Source: Octopus sinensis
Taxonomy: Eukaryota
Direction of reading: 5' to 3'
NCBI RefSeq assembly: GCF_006345805.1
Contig: NC_043002.1
Coordinates: 69,688,001 to 69,752,000, forward strand
Length of the DNA stretch: 64,000 nt
Of this stretch, positions 25,915 through 38,758 are shown piece by piece. Below the pieces are notes generated by a model. It saw only the letters and a list, made by a program, of their open reading frames with translations, did not search any database and was not told the origin of the DNA. Position 1 is the first letter of the stretch, and each line of letters opens with the position of its first letter. The position numbers and the translations under genes are program-made.

Positions 25915-27090
25915 TTGTTAATGCTGTTTTGCTTGCGGGGGCTTGTTTTGTTGATTGACTTTATTTTCCCCAGTTGTGGTGAAGAATTTTGAAATGGAAT
26001 TTCGCCAGCACGGGTCGGTAGTTATGCGTCGGTGGTGGGTAGTCGAGCGGCCAACGTTGCAAACGCATTGGAAGTGCGAGAGGTTGTAATTGACCTCAAG
26101 AAGATGGGAAGTCACAGGGAGCTGCTCCAGAAGGAGGGGGAAAGCTTGAGACTGACCCCTCCAGAGGAAGTGACCAATAGTACCAGGAGAAGGGCAGTGG
26201 TATACAGAACGCTGTCCTTATCCAGCAAGAAAATTGAGATAGCAACGGAGGAGGCTATTATAAAATGCCTAGAAAATGTGAAAAGTGTAACCACCTACTA
26301 CACCAGAGGAAGAAAGTACGGCACAGTGGAGGTGAGGTATACCACGGAAGATGAGGTAACCAATCACTCCACTGTACCTCTAAGATCACAGGAATGGGTG
26401 CTCCTGCCAACCTACTGCGGCAAAAGAGTCACGAGAATCAGGATTGGCAGGGTACCGCCAGAAATAGAGGAAGCATTATTAGTAGCAGCCATAGCTTATG
26501 AAACGGAAGAAATCAAAATATTCCAAGTCACAAGAACTAAGACGCTGAATTAATGGGGTTATGGCCTGGAAATGGTGGTTCAGGCCTCCCAAGAAGATCT
26601 GAATGCGATAACAGAGGAAATACTGCTGCCGGAAGATAAGAAATTGAGAATGGTGGTAGTGGAGAGTCATACACCCACCTGCTACCACTGCGATGTGAAG
26701 GGGCACATGAAAGCACAGTACTCCGAGCTAAATAATGAAACAAGTGAAAACCAATGTGAACCAGAAAGAAGTACCGAGACAACAGCCCCAATCATGGAAG
26801 AAAATACGGAAGATACAGATGAAGAGGGATTCATTGAGGTTCCAAAAAGAGAGGTGTGGCAGTAGTGTCAAGCCCGAAAACTACTAAAAAAAAAGAAAAA
26901 CATTAAAGCGGAAGACGACACACAAACATTTAACAGACTAGTCATACTCACACAGCATACATCACAAGTAGAAACACCAAAAAATAGTGATACCAACCCA
27001 GTAAGCTTCTAGCACTCCATGTAGTAATACAGAGACCAAATGCAGACAGACAAAACACACAGACCCACAAAATCCCCCGAAAATAGAAAG
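25915..27090 (+). mobile_element. Tx1/L1-clade LINE A: 5' UTR + ORF1 pseudogene, 3'-truncated
   Basis: ORFs 26032-26553 and 26572-26865 are in one frame split by TAA at 26551; SYASVV N-terminal motif; CCHC-like knuckle CYHCDVKGHMKAQY; homologous to 28374-28850(-). Confidence 0.85.
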
Positions 27091-29280
27091 CTCCCTTTCT
27101 ATGTACCTTATCTAAGTACAGCGTACAAGTGACCATCTTGTGATCACTGTAGCTGACTGGATAAAACTGTGGGCACTTAACTATGCTTTTGTCTATTTTT
27201 CTAATTAGAATCCTATCTATATACGATCTGGACGACCCATCGCTGCCTGACCATGTCCACAATGGAGCGTCCGGGTGTTCTAGCCTATATGAATCTGCTA
27301 GCTGTTAAAGATTTAACAGATTCCGGAAGCCAAAATTACTTGTTCTATTCGATGTCGAGCCAACACAATCCACGCGTGCATCGCAGATTGTTTTAAAGTC
27401 TCCTAGCAAAACTAAAGAATGCGACGTGACTAGAAACTTCTCTAGGTCAAAAAAATGTTCACTTTTTTGACCACTATTGTTGGGTACATAAATAGCAACC
27501 AGCCTGATCGTCTTGCCACCACTGAATGTCAAGTCCAAAACGGCCAGCCTACCCTCTGGATCAGAAAAAAAAATCAACCTTTTCTCTGAAACCCGGTTCC
27601 TTTTCAATAAGACCAACACCCCGCTCCCACCTGCAGCTCGACACGGAGAAATGTATTTCTCGTAGCCGTTCAGCTAAGGGAATAGATCGATTGGTCCCTT
27701 CAACCGGGTTTCTGTAGCAGCAACTACATCCAAATCCAGCGACCTGATGTCATTTAGTAAACGCCCTTGCTTCCAGCTCGACATCAGGCTGCGTACATTT
27801 ACACAACTGATACGAATATCCATAATGTCCTACCTTAGTTATTCTGTGGTATCAGGTGGAGAGGAAGGCTCCACGTCTTTTTTTTTTCTCGCTCGCAGGA
27901 TCGGAGCCGGTAGGTCGTTAAAAAGTCTTTTCTCATTGTCCCAACTGTTTTCCTGAATTTATTCTTCAGGATTTTATGACTTTTTAAATCTATATCGTAG
28001 ATTTCGTAATTTTCATACTTGTCTGAGTGTTCATCTACCCTTTTCACTATCTTTTTCAAATTTAATTCTCTCATCAACTCCTTGTCCTCTGTATCAAATG
28101 CCGCAAAGCCTCTCTCTTCATTCTCTCTCTTAGCTGTCTTCCTCGGCCTCTTGTCTGCAGGCACCGTTTTAGCTGGTACTGTCTGGAGTATTTTCCTTTA
28201 CTTTCTATCTGGTTTTCTTCCTGGTTTTCTTTTTCTCCTCTTCCTCTCCCTCTTTGCTCTCCGAGCGGATATGTCCTAGCTGGCCCCACTGGAAGCACCT
28301 TGGTTTTTGTCCCTCCACAAACACTGAGGGACTCCTCTGCTACTTATATTTTCTCTGATATTTCTTCGAGAGCTTACGGCTCTGCCTGTACGACCAGATT
28401 AATTGTTTGGCCGTGCCAATTCATTTTATCTGTAACTGTTGCCTGGAGGAGTGTGATTTTCTCCTCCAGGTTCATGGTTACGGCTGCTATCAGCCACATG
28501 GGGTCCACCTCCAGTGGAATTCTCCCTATTCGAATTCTTGATGTTCTCCTTCCGATATATATGGGTATGAGTGCCACATCGTCCGTCTTTATAGTTTCAA
28601 CTGAATGGTATTGCGCCTTTTCCTCACTTACCATTCTCACGTCTATTGTGCCAAACTTTTTGCCGCGAGTTATGTATCCAATATCGGACCATATTTGCTG
28701 TAAACATTTTTCCACCGTTTCTTCAGCCATTCTGTCCATTTTTCTGTCTTTAAGGTTGTGCGTTTTGTATATTATTGCTTTTCTTTTTTCCGCTTCTAAC
28801 ACTCTCTGTGGAGGTTCTACTTTCACCGTGGTTCCTTCTTTTTGTATCATATTTGTGTACTTTTTTAATTCTTATTTTTCTGTATTGAGTTGCCGGGTTC
28901 GACTCCCGGCTGCTGTTGCAAACCTTTTTTCTCTTCTTTTTGTAAACTTTTCACTACTATATTTCTTGTTGATAAAATGCTATTTTGGGGGGTCTCACTC
29001 AGGAGACTTGGAAAATATTGTGGCGTCATTGGTTTGGGTGTCATTGGGGAGCTTTCTGTTGGACTCGTTTCCGGCGTATTTATTGTCTGCGTTGCCGCAC
29101 AACATAATTTTTTAAAGTAATTATTCTCCCCAACGGGGGAATAAAACAAAACAAATGCTTTCAAAAAGAAATTAACAGTCTTTAACAGAAAACAATAAAT
29201 TTAACAATTGCCATAAGGCAGTATAGCAAAAGCGTTCAAAAAGCAATATCACAACAACTCACAAAATTTTCACCCAGACA
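27090..29280 (-). mobile_element. Tx1/L1-clade LINE B: 5' UTR, ORF1 and APE endonuclease of ORF2, 3'-truncated
   Basis: ORF1 fragments 29164-27835. ORF2 ATG at 27823, 11 nt after the ORF1 stop: MDIRISCVNVRS..ATETRL..GDF..SRSYIDRI..SDHKMV; in-frame TAG at 27676. Confidence 0.92.
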
Positions 29281-29619
29281 GTTAGTCAACGTGGAGTTCG
29301 ATGAATTGCTACCAGTAGTGGAGCTAAAAGATTTAGAACCTTTCATGAGATATTAAAAAGTAAAAAAAATGTAATTAAATTGTTTTACTGAAGAAAGAAG
29401 GTAAAAAGTAAAATTGTTTCATTAAAAAAAAAAAGAGGAAAAAACGGGAAAAAACAATCGGATAATAGAACGATTGTAAATAGTTTATACAAACGTCCAA
29501 ATGGTACTGCATGGGAATGGGACCCATGCAGCCATTTCATTTTTATATAACATCTCATTTTCATTCGGTTTATGTTTTTTGTCCCCACAGTGGTGTCTTT
29601 GTAGTGTTTACTCTGTGTT

Positions 29620-30034
29620 GGGATCTTTTCGGTTTGAACGGCAGTTTTTTCTAGCGGTGTCATGAAATTCTCACCCATAATTATGACCCTAGTCTCGATC
29701 TATTGCATTTCAATCTGTTTTAGGGTTAGGGGTGGGGGGAAGGGTATCTTTTTTCTTCACAAATGTAAATAAACCCAATCTGTTTCTTAAACGAGGGACA
29801 TATTCATACGGCACAGAATGTTTTCACCTCAATAGACGTCATTGATTGGTTGAAATTGCAGAAATTGAAGAAAAAAACAACAACAAATGTCTTACAAACT
29901 ATAGAATTTTCTCAATAAAGCCAAGTAAAAAAGATGTTTTATAAACACATTCTACTAGTATACGAAGTTTAAAAGTGTTTATTAGTTACGTGGAAATTAT
30001 TAAAAAAAACTGCCGTTCAAACCGAAAAGATCCC
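29620..30034. mobile_element. Non-autonomous TIR element (GGGATC termini, internal TTAGGG motifs)
   Basis: 30-bp TIR GGGATCTTTTCGGTTTGAACGGCAGTTTTT; flanking TGTGTT duplication at 29614-19 / 30035-40. Confidence 0.9.
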
Positions 30035-31520
30035 TGTGTTGTGGCCGTAGTGCCAAAATAAAGAAACATTGGCAGAAGTTTGCGCTCCCCGAGTGATCTT
30101 GTTTACTACCGTTATTGCCTTCGCTTTTTGTCTTTTTTTTACAAGCAGTTGGAAATGCTTATACCTTTTAAAACATATACAGCATGCGAGGAAGCCCCAC
30201 CCAAGAAAAAAAGCAGCGCTGATAGAAGGCATATTGAGCTATTTAATTGTAGCAATTTCACAGAGGTGCAATTTCTTTGCAATCACACGGTTCCAAGTTC
30301 AATCCCAGTGCGTGGCACCATGGGAAAGCGTATTTTGTGCAAAAGTTGATTGTATGTGTATGTATATGATCGTCTTATATATTCTGTGTCCTTTTGTTAT
30401 CTGTAACTTAACGGGTCAACAAAGAGATCGATAACATATGGAGTGAACAGAAATTAGTACTGCTGTCGATATGATCGTTTAAACTCTGAAGGTGGGTGCT
30501 GCCGCATGGCCGCAGTCAAAATAACCGAAATAATTAAAATACGAAATAAATAAGATCAAAAATAAATATTCTTTTCTACTCTAGGCACAAGGCTGGAAAT
30601 TTTTTGGCGGGGGGGGGGGGGGCAGTCGATTAGATCGACCCAGTACGCAACTGGTACTTAATTTATCGACCCCGAAAGGATGAAAGGTGGAATCAAAAAT
30701 AAATACATAAAAGAAAAATAACAAAACAAGCAACAAATAGATGTAGGATGTGGACATGTTTTTACCGTGATTTCACACGCCAATATTCTAACTATTAAGT
30801 CGCTCTATAATTTTCTTGTATTGCTTACACATGTTAATAGATTCAGAATAAGTTGCCTTCAAGAGTTGTTCCATTTTCTACACAGTTTCAGGAATCAAAC
30901 AGATGTCTTTCATCTTGGAGACACGTTTTTCTTATTATGAAATGTTGACGAACGGAATTCTAATAGTCAATTATATATTTTCTTAAGAAAAATATAGATA
31001 TGTTTGCTTTATTTATTCCATCATTCTATTACTTCTTCTTATAGCATCAGTCTTCTTTTCCTATCTTTTCTTTCGTATTTGTTACTTTCTTCCTTCCTTT
31101 CGTTTTGTATTCTTTCTTTTGCTTCTGTTTCTCTGTTGCTTTTTGTTTTCGTTATTTCATATTTATGTCTGTCTGTGAATCTAAATGTAATTTTTTCTAT
31201 AGGTTTTTCTATAGGTTTTTGATGTATTTTTTTTTCTCTGTGTTTGTTTCAACTTTTTAATATTACCATATTTTCAGTCTTATTTCCTCTTCATTTTTTT
31301 CCCCGTCTTGCAAATCGACTCATGTTATTTAAAAAAAAATATTCGTTGTCACCAAAATTATGACTGAAAGCATACTGTCGAACAATATCATACTTATTTT
31401 TTTGCAATTGTTGAATGCATCAACGTACATTGGACCCCTCAATTAAGTAACGTAAGCAACAACAGCTATTACAACAATTAATAAGCATTAAATAATAACT
31501 CTTCTCTTTAATACAAGGTG

Positions 31521-31942
31521 AGGATCTTTTCGGTTTGAACGACAGTTGTTCCGAGCGGTATCATATGAAATTGCCACCCATAATTATGACCCTAGAATCG
31601 GTCTATTACATTTCAATCTCTTTTAGGTTTAGGGTTAGTTAGGGTTAGGGTTAGGTGAGGAAGGGTATCTTTCTTCTTCACAAATGTAAATAGACCCAAT
31701 CTGTTTCTTAAACGAGGGACATATTCATACGGCACAGAATGCTTTTTAACTCAATAGACGTCACTGATTGGTTGAAATTGCAGAAATTGAAGAAAAAACA
31801 ACAACAAATATCTTACAAACTATAGAATCAAGCCAAGAGAAAAAGATGTTTTATAAACACATTCTACCAGTATACGAAGTTTAAAATTTTTTAGTTACCT
31901 AGAAATTATGTTAAAAACTACCGTTCAAACCGAAAAGATCCC
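31521..31942. mobile_element. Second copy of the GGGATC-TIR element
   Basis: Same TIR and body as 29620-30034; flanking AAGGTG duplication at 31515-20 / 31943-48. Confidence 0.9.
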
Positions 31943-32088
31943 AAGGTGAAAATATTTTAATGGAAGTAGTACAGCCGGATGGATAAAAGTCACCTGGATA
32001 TTACTGTCTTCGAGTATCATGACTCATATATCGAACCCAGTTCATCAGTGGTTCTTATTTTATCAAATCCGAAAGATGAAACGCAAAG

Positions 32089-32570
32089 TGGATCTTTACG
32101 TTTTGACCGACAGATTTAAAAAATAATTTTTTGTAACTGAACGCTTTCAAACTTCGGATACTAGTAAAATAAGTCATATAAAACATCTTTTACTCTTAGC
32201 ATTTTGGAGAAAAACTTATATTTACGAAGTTATTTCACGTTAAAGTTCTCGTATTTCGGTAATTTCTACCAATCAATGACGTGTATTCAGCTGAATAAAA
32301 TACTGCTGTTGTTTGTCAACAAGAACTCCCGGCGGTGTATATTTCGTTTGTCGCTGTTATTTATGACAACCCTAACCCTAAAACCCTAACCCTAAACCTA
32401 ATCCTAACTCTAACACCCTAACCCTAACACCCTAACCCTAAAACCCTAACCCTAACCCTAAAACCCTAACCCTAACCCTAAAACCCTAACCCTAAAACCC
32501 TAACCCTAAAACCCTTACCCTAAAACCTTAAAACCAGTACAAACGCACGAACGATGTCATAAATAAACCA
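32089..32570. mobile_element. Left half and core of the telomere-core fold-back element
   Basis: Arm 32089-32368; (CCCTAA/CCCTAAAA/CCCTAACA)n at 32368-32528; right arm cut by a SINE at ~32570. Confidence 0.8.
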
Positions 32571-33311
32571 CAGTGGAAGTAAACCACAGCAGAATTTGAA
32601 CTCAGGAAATAAGCAACCGGAAGAAATACAGCTAAATTTATTGTCCGACGCACTGTCAGTTCGCTGCCTTCATGAAGTAAAATTATCCTTTCTATTATAG
32701 GCACAAAGCCTGAGCATTTAGGAGTAGTTGGGGCGGAGGGTGGGAGTTGATTGCTACTCAACTGGTACTAATTTTTTCAACTCTAAAGGGATGAAAGCAA
32801 TGTCGACCTCGGCGGAATTTGAACTCAGAACGTAAAGACCGACGAAATGGCACTACGCATTTTAGGAGAAGCAAAATAATGAAAGTATGACTACATTGGT
32901 AGATCTAAACGTAAATTGTAAGTTCATTTACGAATACTATCAAAGTATCTTTTCATGAATTCACTGCTTGAAAAACATTTCATATTTTCACAGCTCAAGT
33001 AACTCATTATTCAGATTTGAAGTGCAATAATGACTAATTCTTTGTCACCTTTGATAAAACAAATATACTGAATTTATTGGAAATCGGTTTGATAAAGGTT
33101 GTTGAAGATGTGATCTTGGAATTTCAACTAGTACTGGTCTTCATACTTTAATGTTGGCACATGGAATTTAAGTTGTTCTCAAAGATGTTCTCAAACTCCT
33201 GCTAAATTTGGCCTCTCAGACGTTTAGAAACTCTATAGGTCACCTCTTCTGTGTGGTATATCCTTTCTATTTCGTAAATAGTCACCCGCTTGTTTTTATT
33301 GTGACTATATA

Positions 33312-33480
33312 CCGTATTTGGACGTGTATAAGAAACCCTTTTCTGTCAAAAATTAGGTTTAAAAAATATGGGAGTTTCTTATACATGGATAGCATTACAA
33401 AACCTTTTTTCCAAATTTTAACCCCAAAATTAGGTTTTTTTTTTAATACATGAAGGTTCCTTATACAGGTTAAAATACGG
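33312..33480. mobile_element. pogo/Tigger-like MITE
   Basis: TIR CCGTATTTGGACGTGTATAAGAAACC vs reverse-complemented right end CCGTATTTTAACCTGTATAAGGAACC; TA flanks. Confidence 0.8.
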
Positions 33481-33539
33481 TAATTTACTATTGATTGAAT
33501 ATATTACTGTCATCTCAGTTATTACATGTAATCTCTGTG

Positions 33540-33715
33540 CCTGCCGTTACGCTCTGAATTTGAATTCCACCGAGGTCAACTTTGCCTTTCATCCTTTCGG
33601 GGTCGATAAATAAAGTACCATTTATGCACTAGTGGCGATATAATCGACTTAATGCCTTTGTCTGTCCTTGTTTGTTCCCTCTATGTTTAGCCCCTTGTGG
33701 GCAATAAAGAAATAT
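33540..33715 (+). mobile_element. SINE family B body with tail 1
   Basis: ..gaggtcaactttgcctttcatcctttcggggtcgataaa..gtttagccccttgtgggcaataaagaaat. Confidence 0.85.
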
Positions 33716-34809
33716 ACATGTAATCTCTGTGCAATTGCTGCCGATAATTTTTGCATGATGCACTTAATTTAGTACACGTAAGAGTGGATATGACACTTTT
33801 TTTTAGCTAGCGTCTTACATGCAGGTAGCAACAACTCGGTGTACTGCTCCGAACACCAGATTTCAAGTTGGATGTAATATGGTATACATCTGTAACTACT
33901 AAATTTTGTTCGGTTTATTCTCTTCATTTGCCGGATTGAATACTTTCAGATGCAATTCTCGAGGAATAGTTTTCGTTATGGATTAGCTTCGATATTATCT
34001 GGTAATAAAGATATCATCAAGATGTGTGTAGTTTTGTTTTCTAATGACACAATATAAACAATTCATTAATAAATTTGTTGTTTACTTCTAGGTCAGTTCG
34101 TTTTGAGTTGACTATGGTTAAAAACTCTCTATATCTAGAACTACATTATCTAAGTCCGTCACTTTATAAGACTATCGTGTAATATGGGGGGAGATTATGT
34201 TACTGGGAGCAAACTGAGTGAAGATATAGCAGCTGCTTCGGTGACTCAACAAAATCTGTTTTAGCTTATGGTGAAATACAATAAGCAAAAATCTAATTTA
34301 TTCTGGCAGATACAAAGTCTGGCATTTCAATGCGGAAATTGTCAGCTCGGGAGACCAATGCTTTTCTGTTATATCACGTTCGTGAACTTAATAGTTTATC
34401 GAAGTCTGCGGTTGTAAGGTGGCAGGGTAAATAGTTTCCTAAGATAATGGCGGTGTTGGTGGCATTGTCAGCCGTATTTGAGAGAACAATATACGTTTTC
34501 TTCTGTGAACCTGTTACTGTGATCTCATCTAATCTCGTCGATAACGTTGACACCTACGTCGTTGTGAGAGTTTACAAAAATTATTTTTCTGTTTTATTTA
34601 TATTTCAGCGTGTTAGCATAAATACTTTCTTTACTTGTTGTTCTGAATTAGGAATGGTAACGAAAATAACTGACATTAAACAGTGTTGTCAAATCGTGTT
34701 GTTTCTACAAATTCTTATCTGGTGGCCAAAAACATGTTCTTCATTAATAAGTTTCTAATGGTTGTAGGATGTGTGTCACTACTTTTTCCTAGTTGCATGC
34801 ATGCATACA

Positions 34810-35212
34810 TACATGAATACTGGTGGAACATTCCCATCAAAACATCAAAACATCTATCAAAGGTAAGCAGAGCAGGCCAGATATTGTTGTTTGGGACAGA
34901 CAAAGAAAAAGGGTTTGCTGTCTTGCTGATGTGAATATCTCTTTGAAAATCACAGAGAAATACGAGAACTATGGACAACTGTTTCGAAAGTTTCAGCTTC
35001 AATATCCATATTAGAAATTTAGATTTGTACCAATAATAATTATTATTGGTATGAATCAATTATAATTGATGGACTTGGCTTTGTGAGTAAATACCTAACT
35101 GACAGTCTGGCTGAACTTGGATTTTCACAAAAATAAATCAACCACCTAACTTGCGCATTAAAAATATAATTTGAAGGTGGAACAGTAAAACCATGCAAAA
35201 CTTTTCTCAAGT
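34810..35212 (+). mobile_element. RLE-type non-LTR (R4/NeSL-like) 3' relic
   Basis: EYWWNIPIKT..SRPDIVVWDRQRK..DV..EKYENYGQL..FRFVPIIIIG..GTVKPCKTFLKFKM*. Confidence 0.7.
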
Positions 35213-35781
35213 TTAAAATGTGACATTATTTTCTTTATCTACATTCCAACAAAGAAGCTTTGTATCTTTGTCAAAAACCAGCACTTTCCTCGCAGGAAGA
35301 ATTTCGTACCTACCTACCTGCATACAAACGTATATACATGCATACAATCTGTAAGCGAAAGTGAAAAATGTCCAACATTTTTCCAAACTTCGACACATAA
35401 CCTTGTCACCATTTGAATTCCAGAAACAGAGCTTTGTTTCTTAGAAACAATTGAAAGAATTAAAATAAGACAACATTGCAGCAAAAATAACATGATGATT
35501 ATTTGAGCACCATTTTCTGATTTAACCACACTTCTTTTTAATGAAACCTCTTCATCGCACAATATTAATTGTCCTATCAAACCATGGCAATTTACGCTCA
35601 CCTTTTTACTCGTCAAACAAGACAATTACATAATTATATATTGTACTATGATTATACAAGTGATTTAAAAGTCCATTTAGTATTTCAATACTGTTTATCA
35701 TTCAAATACTAAAAGACTTCTAAATCATCTTGTAATTTATATTTAATAATAATAATAATAATAATAATGATAATAATAATG

Positions 35782-35819
<38 letters not shown>

Positions 35820-35832
<13 letters not shown>

Positions 35833-36246
35833 GTTTCAAATTTTGCCACCAAGGCAGCAATTTTGGAGGAGGGGATGAGTCTATTATTTCGACTCTAGTG
35901 TTCAATTGGTACTTATTTTATCGGCCCCGAAAGGATGAAAAACAAAGTCGACCTCGGTGGAATTTGAACTCAGATCGTAGCGACGGGTGAAATAGCGCTA
36001 AGCATTTAGCCTGGCGTACAAACGACTCTGCCTGTCCACCCGCCTTAATAATAAGAATTAAGGTTTCAAATTTTGCTACATGCGCAGCCATTTTGGGGGA
36101 GGGGATGTGTCGACTATATCGACAACAGTGTTTCACTGGTACTTAATTCATCGACCCCGAAAGGATGATAGGCAAAGTCAACAACGCCCAGTGACGGGCG
36201 AAATACAGCTAAGTATTAAATCCGGCGCGGTAACGTCTCTGCCGCC

Positions 36247-36280
<34 letters not shown>
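35820..36280 (-). mobile_element. Two SINE family B copies between (TAA)n tracts
   Basis: Family B motifs; TAA arrays at 35745-35832 and 36248-36285. Confidence 0.8.
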
Positions 36281-36288
<8 letters not shown>

Positions 36289-36289
36289 G

Positions 36290-36785
36290 CTCTGATGCAG
36301 TTCGAGACAGTGGGTCTCATGGCTTCTGATCTTAACTCATTACCTTGGTGCAAAAGCTGGGCTACAGCAGATTGGCTTGTCAGTTGTGTGATCCTAACCA
36401 GTTGAGCATGTTCCTTAGTGACAGATGATATGTTTGTCTCTGATCACAAGCAGGAGTAGCGGTGGGGGGAGCATCATAGCCATGTGTTGAAAGGAATTCT
36501 CTGGAAACATGGCTGTTTCGTTCATCATCTTAAACAAACTTCATTCAGGGACTTTTTGAGTGGGATGGACTATTCGACATGAAGAAAATTCTGAGCCCCA
36601 TCTACAAGGACATACGCTGTTTATCCTGATATGAGATCACCACGCCACGCACATATGGTTGTGATGCATGTGCGTGGTGTACTTTTTATCGGACGAGTAG
36701 TCATGATGGGTATATTGGGGTTCGTATATTTGTTCCCCAGTGTTACTTTGATGGCATGCATTGCTCTCTCACTCAATCATCATAA
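36290..36785 (+). mobile_element. Family F repeat, longer copy
   Basis: Its 3' end matches 1-110. Confidence 0.7.
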
Positions 36786-37495
36786 TATATTTATATATTA
36801 TAATTATATTAATATATTATAATTATATGATTTTTACAGTTATATAATTATATATTATAATCATATAATAATTTGTAAGTATATGGTTATATTACAATTA
36901 TAGAATTCATTCGTATTTCTTTAAACTATTATATATAGCAATTATACAAATACACATAATCATATAATTAATCAATTATATAAAATCAATAAATATGTAG
37001 TAATACAATCCTTTCTACTGAAGGCACAAGGCTTTGAAATTTTGGGGGAGGGGACTAGTCGATTACATCGACCTCAGTGTTTCACTGGTACCTAATCTAT
37101 CGACCGCGAAAGGATGAAAGGCAAAGTCGACCCCGGCGGAATTAAACCAATATGTAGTAATATATATTAGTTATAAAATATATGTGTGTACACATACATT
37201 TGTCAACGTCTGTATGAGTGTGTCAGCGAATATACATATGCCTGTATTTATCCGTGCGTAAGCGATTTCATAGGTATTTAAGAGGTCCATTACGTATGTG
37301 TGCGTTAATTTCATTGTTGTATACGTAATTATTATGCTGAGTGTTGTTCTAATTTTGTTTTACTCTACTTCAGCAATCATGAGAAGTATTCACTGATATA
37401 TCACAGATTGTATTTATTACAATAACCACTCCCTGTCTCCTTATGCTGGGACTAATTTTTCGAAGGCAATACTACTACTACTACTACTACTACTA

Positions 37496-37530
<35 letters not shown>

Positions 37531-37589
37531 ATAATAATAATAATTATTATTATTATTATAATAATGACAATAACAGCAACAACAGCAGT

Positions 37590-38070
37590 AACAATGTTTC
37601 CTTTATTTGCCACATGGGCGCCGAGTGCGAGGGACATTGCAAAGATGAAACAGATATACACACAATACACATAAAGAGGAAACTCTGCATAAACTGTGGA
37701 TTGCTGTACCGAATAGAAAACTAATATAACATATGCGATCATAAAATTCATATGCAATATCTTATACAACATCTAGTAAATCAAAGGGACACATGATCTT
37801 TGATGCCCCTCGGGCGTCATTAGGTGTTTCGGGTCACTGGATGGCTTGTGAGCTTTTCGCTTTCTAGCCCTTGTGATATGCAGCATATTGTAGTCATTGC
37901 TGAAAGACAGATCTAGGAACCCTTGGCCTTTCACTTCGATGGGATCATGTCTCACTTGCCCTCTGTTGCTTCGGCATACCCCTACCAATTGGCTTCCGCA
38001 ATCCAGTTCAAATCCGGAATAGTGAGTTCTAATAGAACTGCTTGATAGGAAATATCTTAAGATTAGCTTC
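37590..38070 (-). mobile_element. HERO-like RLE non-LTR 3' relic with UTR
   Basis: Minus strand: AVLLELTIP.. then (frameshift) PIEVKGQGF..ARKRKA, resembling the ELTVP..VEVGCRGF pattern; ends in stem-loop + AATAAA; tail at 37470-37590. Confidence 0.55.
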
Positions 38071-38758
38071 ACGTCCAACTCTAACGATGTTATAGGATAA
38101 AATGCTATGAAAATATACTAACATCCCAAAAATGTTCCATAAGTCTCGGATTGTCCTCAGCAGAAAAAAATTTTGTCTTCATTCCCTGTGGTCAGTCTAT
38201 AATTAAATCATGAGATACCCAACACAAGTTTAAGCGCACAACATAACTTTTAATGGAGTTACGACTTCTCTCACCATATCTAAATTAAAGTGAGAATGGA
38301 AAGAGACAACGAAGGCTTCGATGAATAAGAAAGGAATAGACTTGAAACTTGCCAATCTAAATACCTATATTGTCTTATTTGTCACAGCCATCATTTTGAA
38401 AACTATATCCACCTGAAGCCAGCGAGACTAACCTTTATTTCGTGTTTTCTTCGCGTTTCCAACTTTCGCGTGCGATTGTATGTATGTATGTTTGTATGTA
38501 TGTATGTATGTATGTATGTATGATGTATGTATGTATGTATGTATGTGTGTATGTATCAACTTCAACAAGACTGGAGAATATCACATCTTTATTTGAGATT
38601 ACACCATACAGAACCAACGATCTTTTCCATCGTGAAAACATTTTTTAGATACAGAAGAAAGTACAAAAGCAGCCTGGACTTATTAATCCCTATTACTTGT
38701 TTATATATATATATATATATATATAAAATAAAGTTATATTATTTCCCACGGGTAGAAA

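Noticed and set aside
27691-27705. TTGGTCCCTTCAACC resembles mature miR-133
   Set aside because: It has a 1-nt deletion and a divergent 3' end, only a weak hairpin, and lies antisense within the LINE endonuclease frame (TETRLKGPID); most likely chance.
32368-32528. Ancestral telomere or chromosome-fusion scar
   Set aside because: The repeats lie inside a dispersed TIR element with several copies in the window.
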